From a virus (lineage: Duplodnaviria > Caudoviricetes), in the IMG/VR virus record IMGVR_UViG_3300024520_000036, positions 1 through 32,446 of that record: 32,446 nt of DNA; one strand, given 5' to 3'. Shown piece after piece: positions 26,368 to 32,446 of the stretch; within the stretch, counting starts at the first letter, position 1; each line of letters opens with the position of its first letter. The position numbers and the translations under genes are program-made. The notes beneath the pieces were generated by a model that saw nothing but the letters and a program-made list of their open reading frames with translations, was not told the DNA's origin and ran no database searches.

Positions 26368-26970
26368 TTGGAGATGTGTATGGATCGCTTGGATAAGCTG
26401 ATAGAAGAATTGAGTTTCAATGCAGAAGTGCAGGTAAATTTAACGAGTCCCCTAGACCCCTTATCAAGCCATTCCATTCCTGTAAATGATTTAGAGCTTA
26501 TTTGTGATATCGGGATAGTTGAATATTTTTTAAAATTAACAGGTTATTCAAAATCTGATTATGACTTATGGAAACAATACCCCCTCAGTCCACAAAATCC
26601 ATCGCTTAAATCATTTATAGAAAATGACAAAATCCCCCCGGCCAGTCCAGGGCTTTGGCCACAAGCTCAAAAAACTTCAAAAAAAGAGGAAGCAAAAAGT
26701 AGGGCAAGGAAGCAGTTAGTAGAATGGAGAAGTAGAGTATTAAAAAGAGATAATAAATGCATTAACTGCAATAGAAAATCAAATTTGCAAGCGCATCATA
26801 TTTGGTCAAAAACTACATACCCTGATAAGAAGTTAAAATTGAATAACGGTGTAACCCTCTGCAAGCAATGCCATCGAGATTATCACAATTTGTATTTTGA
26901 AGACAGAATAATGCCAGAAACACTTAATCAGTTTGTATTAGATGCAAGGGGGGGGAGATGGACGGATTAA
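26368..26970 (+). CDS. HNH endonuclease
   Basis: WRSRVLKRD..CINC..QAHHI..NGVTLCKQCHRDYH. Confidence 0.85.
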   Translation: MEMCMDRLDKLIEELSFNAEVQVNLTSPLDPLSSHSIPVNDLELICDIGIVEYFLKLTGYSKSDYDLWKQYPLSPQNPSLKSFIENDKIPPASPGLWPQAQKTSKKEEAKSRARKQLVEWRSRVLKRDNKCINCNRKSNLQAHHIWSKTTYPDKKLKLNNGVTLCKQCHRDYHNLYFEDRIMPETLNQFVLDARGGRWTD

Positions 26971-27965
26971 ATAACTTTGGATTTCATCGGGATCAAATAA
27001 CAGACACTCAAGGCGATATTAAGACGGCACACGTTTTAAATTGGATCATTCATAAAATTGGAAACAATATTGAAGATGAAATATTAAATGATGAGTTTCA
27101 GGGCAAAACTCACATGTTTATCAAATATTCTATTGTTCAAAGGAGATTCTTCTTTTTAAATGAGCGCCAAATAAAACACGCATTTAAGAAGTTAAAAGAT
27201 TTGGAAATCATTGAAACAAAGGAAATTTGGACAGATTTCTTTGAAAGATCTGGTGGCGACAAGAAAAGAATACAAGCAATAACCCTCACAAAAAAATATT
27301 ACAATAAATATCTTAGCATGTGCGTCGAACATAAATGTCCCACGGGTGGGACAAAAATGTCCCATGCATCTTATATAGAAAAGAATAAGATAAAAAATGA
27401 TGATGATAAGAGCAAGGTAGATGCCAACCCAATCCTAGAAACGCAGAGTCAAGCAAAACAAGAAAATCCAGAAAAAGAATCATCATCTTTTTTTAAACTA
27501 GCTGATATCTATAACAGGAAAATCAAGAAAACCGCGTTATCTAAATTTGAGTTAACTTATGAGAATAGGGCAAGGGTAGGGAAGGCCCTGGAAAAGCTTA
27601 ATTTGGGCCCTGAGAAGTTTGGGGTATACATTGACAAGGCTTTATCATCGCCTTACATTCTCGGCCAAACTGGGGCCAAATACAGCAATACTTTTGAATG
27701 GCTTCTTAACCCGACCGTTTACCAGGAATTAATGAATGGTAAATATGATGCGAATAAGAAACCTAGCAATCCTGACTTAGTTGGACAGATTCAAGCAAAG
27801 ATGAGGAAGCACGGCCAATATAAATATGAAGATGCCTATAAAGATCTTTCGCCAGAATTATCAAAAATAATTGGCCAAAATTGGACACGGTTATTTCATA
27901 AAACTGAAAGAGAAGATATTCATTATATTAAAAGTTTAATCAACGCTAGGAGCAAAAGTGGATGA
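26958..27965 (+). CDS. phage replication initiator (replisome organiser-like)
   Basis: N-terminal winged-HTH-like ERQIKHAFKKLKDLEII, low-complexity linker with DNA repeats, C-terminal FEWLL..GKY motif. Confidence 0.65.
   Translation: MDGLNNFGFHRDQITDTQGDIKTAHVLNWIIHKIGNNIEDEILNDEFQGKTHMFIKYSIVQRRFFFLNERQIKHAFKKLKDLEIIETKEIWTDFFERSGGDKKRIQAITLTKKYYNKYLSMCVEHKCPTGGTKMSHASYIEKNKIKNDDDKSKVDANPILETQSQAKQENPEKESSSFFKLADIYNRKIKKTALSKFELTYENRARVGKALEKLNLGPEKFGVYIDKALSSPYILGQTGAKYSNTFEWLLNPTVYQELMNGKYDANKKPSNPDLVGQIQAKMRKHGQYKYEDAYKDLSPELSKIIGQNWTRLFHKTEREDIHYIKSLINARSKSG
27333..27364. repeat. iteron-like repeats, candidate replication origin
   Basis: TGTCCCA three times in alternating orientation (27336 +, 27347 -, 27358 +), followed by an A-rich tract. 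Confidence 0.6.
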
Positions 27966-28218
27966 TAAAATAGTGAAAATGAGAAAGAAAAATGGAACTA
28001 CGGGAATCTCTGAAGAATTGATTACCAGGAATGAATCAATGATTAGAAATTTCCATACTTCTCTCCTTGTGTTGATCAACTTAAATAATAACACGAAAGG
28101 TCGCAGAAAGATACTTAAATGACGCTGTGTATCTGTTCAATATTGTTCGATTTTAATATATAAAAAAGTAAAAAAGTATGATAGCTTCCAATTATACTTG
28201 ATAGGAAATGGACTCACT

Positions 28219-28707
28219 ATGGAAAGATGGCTAGATGTCGTAGGACACGAAGGCAAATATAAAGTCTCTAATATGGGGAATGTAAAGAATAGGCACGGCA
28301 GAATATTAAAGCCGGGCCATTCAAACGGATATCATATTGTTGGACTATGTTCAAAAAGCAAGGCGATCCACAGACTCGTTTTGATGAGTTTTGTTCGTCT
28401 TCCTGGCAAGGAAGAGGTATGTAACCATATAAATGGGAAAAAAGGGGATAACCGGCTGTGTAACCTTGAATGGTGCAGCCATGCTTACAATATGAGACAC
28501 GCTCGAAGGTCAGGGCTTGTTAAATTGAGGGATTATGTAGGAGACCACGTATCATTAATGGTTAATAAAGATCTAGTAAAAAAGCTCAAGATACTTGCAA
28601 TTAGGGCAGATACAACGCTACAAGGGTTAACGGAGAAGATTTTAGAGAAAGAGATTAATATGATTCAAAAGAAAGAGGAAAAAGATGTATACAGTAGTCA
28701 AGGTTAG
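28219..28707 (+). CDS. NUMOD4-HNH endonuclease with C-terminal ribbon-helix-helix-like domain
   Basis: ERWLDVVGHEGKYKVSNMGNV (NUMOD4), IHRLV..NHINGKKGDNRLCNLEW (HNH), tail VSLMVNKDLVKKLKILAIRADTTLQGLTEKIL. Confidence 0.85.
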   Translation: MERWLDVVGHEGKYKVSNMGNVKNRHGRILKPGHSNGYHIVGLCSKSKAIHRLVLMSFVRLPGKEEVCNHINGKKGDNRLCNLEWCSHAYNMRHARRSGLVKLRDYVGDHVSLMVNKDLVKKLKILAIRADTTLQGLTEKILEKEINMIQKKEEKDVYSSQG

Positions 28708-28840
28708 CAAAGAGTTAGCAATGCAATTGAAAGTCCTTGCAATAAAAAATAAAATGACGTTGCAAGAACTTGTGGAAAAGTTTTTAACCCAAGGATTTAA
28801 AAGATTAAAGGTAAAAGAGGCGAAAGTTAATAAAAAATAA
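28685..28840 (+). CDS. ribbon-helix-helix DNA-binding protein, 51 aa (not in ORF track)
   Basis: MYTVVKVSKELAMQLKVLAIKNKMTLQELVEKFL; GAGG RBS. Confidence 0.65.
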   Translation: MYTVVKVSKELAMQLKVLAIKNKMTLQELVEKFLTQGFKRLKVKEAKVNKK

Positions 28841-28861
28841 CATTCAGCAGGAGAGGCAAGA

Positions 28862-29391
28862 ATGACAGACACTGAAGAGGAAAAGAAAACTACACTTTAC
28901 GACCTAGTAAAGCAGCAATCGGCCATTTCGCAAAATCTGATGGAAAATGACGGAGAATTGACGCCAGAAATCGAGGCACTGATCAAACAGGTTTCGACCG
29001 ACCTACCAAAAAAAGTCGATAACTATGCAACATTTATGGATAAACTGAAATCAGACATCAGTTATTTAAAAGAATTAGAAAAAACAATTTCTTCCAAAAG
29101 AAGGCAGTTGAAAATATTTATAAAAATATTGATTTCAGGATTAAGCAAATTGTTATCGAAGTCGGAGAGTTAGCAGGAGAGTTTTATACATATAAACCGA
29201 TCAAGCAAGGTAAGAAATTAGTTATAGATAACAAAGTTAAATTTGAAAAATGTTACTTAACTGAAACCATAGTGACAGAAATCAATAAGAAATTGATCCA
29301 AGAGGACTTAGAATTAGGCGAGCAAATAGAGGGAGCAGAGCTAAAAACGATCATGGCCGTCAGAAAGTATTTCAAAGGGGATAAAAAGTGA
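28862..29391 (+). pseudogene. Siphovirus Gp157-family gene split by a 1-bp frameshift near 29100
   Basis: N-half TLYDL..DGELTPE..KVDNYA; the shifted frame continues KAVENIY...INKKLIQEDLELGEQIEGAEL to TGA 29391, overlapping the next start. Confidence 0.75.
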
Positions 29392-30458
29392 ATGAACTAA
29401 TCCCCCAAGAAAACTCTATTCAAACCTATGATGTTTTTGACAAGACATTGGCCTTTGCCGAGAAATTATCAAAATCGGCCCTAATACCCTACAAAATGCG
29501 AGGGAAACCAAACGACATAGTGGTCACTATCCTTTTTGGTCAAGAGGTCGGATTAACCCCAATGAGAGCATTAACAGAGGTCTTTGTTGTCAATGGAGTT
29601 CCTAGCGTAGGCGGCAAGACAATGCTTGGCCTAATTAGACGTTATGCACCCAATGCACACATAGAATTCCCAGTTCAAGAAACAGATAAAATTATCTGTG
29701 AGATGGCAAGAGATAGAAATGATCTTATCGAAGGAATCCCTCGAGGAGTCTATAGATCCGAATGGACCCTTGAAATGGCACAGAAAAGAGGATTTTTAGG
29801 CAAAGATAACTGGAAGAACAATCCGACCATGATGCTAAGATGGCGGGCAGTTTCAGAATGCGCAAGAATGATTTTCCCTGATATCTTAGGCGGGTTTTAT
29901 GAAAAAGATGAGGTCTATGAAATAGCGAAAGAACAACAAAAAGAACAAGAAAAAGATAACAGAATAAGGGAAGATGTTTATGAAGTGCAAAATAAGTTTG
30001 CCGAGCCTGAGCAAGTAATCTCGTTTTCATTTGAAGATGATATTGAATCCGATGAATCCCCATTAATAGCACAAATTGAGAATAGAGACTGGGTTATCCC
30101 TACGGGCACAATCAAAGGAAAAACTCTAAAAGAAATTCCCGTAGAGGAGCTAAGGCAAAGGCAGCAAAAGATTGAAGCTTGGGCCAATAAGAATAAACTT
30201 AATGATATTCAAAAAAGTATGCTTGCTCAAGTTAGTTCGTATATACTTCAGTATGATAAACTCGCTTTAGAACAAAATGGAAAAGTTACTAAAAATGGAA
30301 GCTGCGACTTGTGTAGGCATTATTTTGAAGATAATCAGGGCGTCCCTATCTGTCATAAAAGAGAGGATGAAATGCCTTTTTCAGATATTACTAAAGCAAA
30401 TGACTGCAAGTTATTTGAAGAGATAGAAGACAAATCAAAACAAGGAGAAAGGAAATGA
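29388..30458 (+). CDS. recT: RecT/Redbeta-like single-strand annealing protein
   Basis: GKPNDI..GQEVGLTPMRAL..VVNGVPS, NWKNNPTMMLRWRAVSECARMIFPDILGG.Y; Cys-rich C-terminus. Confidence 0.75.
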   Translation: MNELIPQENSIQTYDVFDKTLAFAEKLSKSALIPYKMRGKPNDIVVTILFGQEVGLTPMRALTEVFVVNGVPSVGGKTMLGLIRRYAPNAHIEFPVQETDKIICEMARDRNDLIEGIPRGVYRSEWTLEMAQKRGFLGKDNWKNNPTMMLRWRAVSECARMIFPDILGGFYEKDEVYEIAKEQQKEQEKDNRIREDVYEVQNKFAEPEQVISFSFEDDIESDESPLIAQIENRDWVIPTGTIKGKTLKEIPVEELRQRQQKIEAWANKNKLNDIQKSMLAQVSSYILQYDKLALEQNGKVTKNGSCDLCRHYFEDNQGVPICHKREDEMPFSDITKANDCKLFEEIEDKSKQGERK

Positions 30459-30820
30459 AAAAAACAACAATGATAGTATTACTTTTGATCAGCTTGAACG
30501 CTCAATCATACAACGGAGAGGACGATAAAAGCGGTCTAGGGCAGATCTTTGCAAGTTTCATTGCAAGTTATGCTATAGGTAAAACAATCGATCATGCATG
30601 GGAAATGTATAAAGCACATGAAAGAGCGGCCCAAGAGGAATGGCGAGGGATATTTAATAGCGCATATTATCGTGTGCAAACAAAATTATTGGAAGTTGAT
30701 AGGCGTAGGGAGCGAGAAAGGCGAGAAAGGCATGATAGACATGAAAGGCGTGATCGTGATCGTTGGGAGCGACTTCGGGAAATAGTCGAGGGCAATGCTT
30801 CTGCTGGGACTAGTGTTTAA
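30455..30820 (+). CDS. signal-peptide protein with Arg/Glu/Asp-rich tract
   Basis: MKKTTMIVLLLISLNAQS; RRRERERRERHDRHERRDRDRWER. Confidence 0.55.
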   Translation: MKKTTMIVLLLISLNAQSYNGEDDKSGLGQIFASFIASYAIGKTIDHAWEMYKAHERAAQEEWRGIFNSAYYRVQTKLLEVDRRRERERRERHDRHERRDRDRWERLREIVEGNASAGTSV

Positions 30821-30841
30821 TTTTAAAGTGAGGGGGGAATA

Positions 30842-30997
30842 ATGGTAAGACTAAACACAGAAACGAATTACTTAGTCATTATTGGAATGATTATTATAGG
30901 GGGGTTGTTAATAATAAGGAGTTGTGCGGTTGATTTAAGGGAAATTAGGGGTCGTTATGACTGCCAACCAGGCTATACTAAGGAGAATAGGAAATGA
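30842..30997 (+). CDS. small membrane protein (not in ORF track)
   Basis: MVRLNTETNYLVIIGMIIIGGLLIIRSC...; GAGGGGG RBS. Confidence 0.5.
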   Translation: MVRLNTETNYLVIIGMIIIGGLLIIRSCAVDLREIRGRYDCQPGYTKENRK

Positions 30998-31221
30998 TTG
31001 AAGCATTGAAAATCATCATGTTAGCATGTCAATTAATAGCGCCACCTAAGTTTGATTCTGGTTTCATGTCGTTTACAAAAATGGGCCTAAAGAATCAAAA
31101 AAAATCTTTAGAAAATCAGATTAACATCCAAAGGCAATGTCAAAAAGAATTAGTTCGATGTTGGTTGAAAAACAAAACTGAATGGGAACAATGGCCTTTG
31201 TCGAAATGTTTGGCGAAATAA
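30994..31221 (+). CDS. hypothetical Cys-containing protein
   Basis: 75 aa, ATGA overlap with the upstream gene. Confidence 0.5.
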   Translation: MIEALKIIMLACQLIAPPKFDSGFMSFTKMGLKNQKKSLENQINIQRQCQKELVRCWLKNKTEWEQWPLSKCLAK

Positions 31222-31233
31222 AGGGAGGCAAAC

Positions 31234-31434
31234 ATGGCAAAGATACACTACGATGTACCTCCGAAGTATATGATTAGGTATAGGGACCATACAGATGAAC
31301 AATGGGAGGCCGCACGGGCCAGGGTCTCGATTTGCGGTAGAGCTGCAATTGAAACTACAAAGAAAATTGAAGATGTGGATTGCAGGGCGTGTATAAAAGT
31401 TTATGAATATCGCAAGAAACTTGGGGACATATAG
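31234..31434 (+). CDS. hypothetical small protein, possible zinc binder
   Basis: H..CG..CRAC pattern; GGAGG RBS. Confidence 0.55.
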   Translation: MAKIHYDVPPKYMIRYRDHTDEQWEAARARVSICGRAAIETTKKIEDVDCRACIKVYEYRKKLGDI

Positions 31435-31669
31435 AGTGAGCGAAATAAATACAATTCAGAGTATTTTAAATAAGGGCAAAAAACGTAAATTATTTTATGC
31501 TTGTGGTAAAACGTATGCACTGAAAGAAGAATTTGCATCTAGAGAATGGGATTTTTGTCATGAAAATAAAAGATGGCAATATCTTGGTTATGCAGATGAC
31601 CCTAATGTCAGTCATTTTTTAGATAATCTTGATTATGATAAGCATCAGGCATGGATTAAAAGCGAGTGA
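31403..31669 (+). CDS. hypothetical protein
   Basis: 88-aa ORF; likely start GTG near 31436. Confidence 0.45.
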   Translation: MNIARNLGTYRVSEINTIQSILNKGKKRKLFYACGKTYALKEEFASREWDFCHENKRWQYLGYADDPNVSHFLDNLDYDKHQAWIKSE

Positions 31670-31684
31670 ACAAAGGAAGGGGTT

Positions 31685-31843
31685 TTGAAAAAACCAGAAA
31701 TTAAAATCAAATGTTTATATGATAAAATGGTGCCAATAGGAGAGCTTAATCCTCATCCTAATAATGAAAACAATCATCCAAAGGAACAGGTAAGGGTATT
31801 AGCTAAGATAATTGAAAAAGATGGCGTCACTCATGCAATATGA
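31685..31843 (+). pseudogene. truncated ParB/Srx N-terminal domain (52 aa, not in ORF track)
   Basis: MVPIGELNPHPNNENNHPKEQVRVLAKIIEKDGVTHAI* matches the start of ParB-N domains and stops before the GHGR box. Confidence 0.7.
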
Positions 31844-32120
31844 AGATGTGGACCTTTGCTTACAAGCTTTAGTCGCCAAATGGTGTACAATACTTTTGAA
31901 TATGTATTTAATAAACAAAACGTCAACAACATCAAAAATGAAAGGAGGTAATCAAACAGAATTATATAAAAATAATTCTTTTGATAAAAAAGTCCTGAAA
32001 ACGCTCTCACTTCAAAAAGTTTGGCCACAATATGTAAAAGTAGTAAGAAGATTTGGAAGACCACATCATCAAGTAAGCTGGGGTAAATTTTTCAAGCACC
32101 CATTGAAGAAAATGAAATGA
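31839..32120 (+). pseudogene. C-terminal fragment of a TET-associated (GREB1-like) glycosyltransferase
   Basis: YEDVDLCLQ..CTIL.N..MKGGNQTELY..SLQKVWP..V..RFGRPHHQVSW; the catalytic N-terminal part is absent. Confidence 0.6.
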
Positions 32121-32125
32121 CAGTA

Positions 32126-32148
32126 TGCTATAATAAAGAGTGAGGAAG
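32126..32148 (+). promoter_or_regulatory. extended -10 promoter plus RBS
   Basis: TGCTATAAT followed by AAAGAGTGAGGAAG; the 20-mer is shared with 122-141. Confidence 0.6.
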
Positions 32149-32157
32149 GTAATTTTC

Positions 32158-32446
32158 ATGAAAGAGATATTGTTGAGACTATATAGAATCCTTAGAGCTA
32201 ATTTCTGGCACTGGTATTACGCTAGAAAAAAGAGGGAGCCTTTGAGTGTTCCGTTCAATTTTACAGCAGCAGCGGAGCAAATTTCTGGTGTCAACGAGGT
32301 GACTCTAGGGATGAGACCTATCAAGATGCTGGGGGATGCTCAGATGATGGCAGCAGGAGCAGGCGTATACAATGAGACAACGGGCAATTTCAATTTTACA
32401 GCAGCAGCGGAGCAGGCGTATACAATGAGACAACGGGCAATTTCAA
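32158..32446 (+). CDS. hypothetical protein running across the circular junction
   Basis: MKEILLRLYRILRANFWHWYYARKKREPLSVPFNFTAAAEQ...; open to the window end, with stop at 93-95 if circular. Confidence 0.5.
   Translation, partial: MKEILLRLYRILRANFWHWYYARKKREPLSVPFNFTAAAEQISGVNEVTLGMRPIKMLGDAQMMAAGAGVYNETTGNFNFTAAAEQAYTMRQRAIS
32387..32446. repeat. 60-bp terminal direct repeat identical to 1-60
   Basis: Exact match, typical of a circular assembly overlap. Confidence 0.9.

Noticed and set aside
31812-31838. ORF-track start for a 102-aa protein
   Set aside because: The first codons overlap the ParB stub in another frame; the ORF is better read as a gene fragment
1-32446. Stop-codon reassignment, integrase/att site, or tape-measure gene
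   Set aside because: Core genes are intact in the standard code and use all three stops; I recognised no recombinase motifs or long-tail genes

Overview
The window looks like a complete, circularly assembled dsDNA tailed phage genome of about 32.4 kb: the last 60 bp equal the first 60 bp. Almost all genes are on the + strand. The virion module is podovirus-like: TerS, PBSX-type TerL, portal, scaffold, major capsid, adaptor, nozzle, fibres and three ejection-type proteins, with no tape measure or sheath. Replication and recombination genes are lambdoid-style (initiator with internal iterons, RecT-like, Gp157, RusA, HNH). I see no integrase, polymerase, tRNA or CRISPR array. The host is probably diderm. 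The most striking observation is an O-antigen-ligase/O-oligosaccharyltransferase-like (Wzy_C) membrane enzyme inside the head-tail operon, where three apparent virion proteins carry cleavable Sec signal peptides. This suggests periplasmic export and possibly glycosylation of virion parts. Also notable: a repeat-delimited cassette between TerL and portal with a Tad1-like sponge and two WDGH-motif paralogues; a collapsed ParB / TET-associated glycosyltransferase remnant; a candidate small RNA; and a microhomology-built 53-bp tandem repeat at the junction. All family calls come from motif recognition by eye, not database searches.
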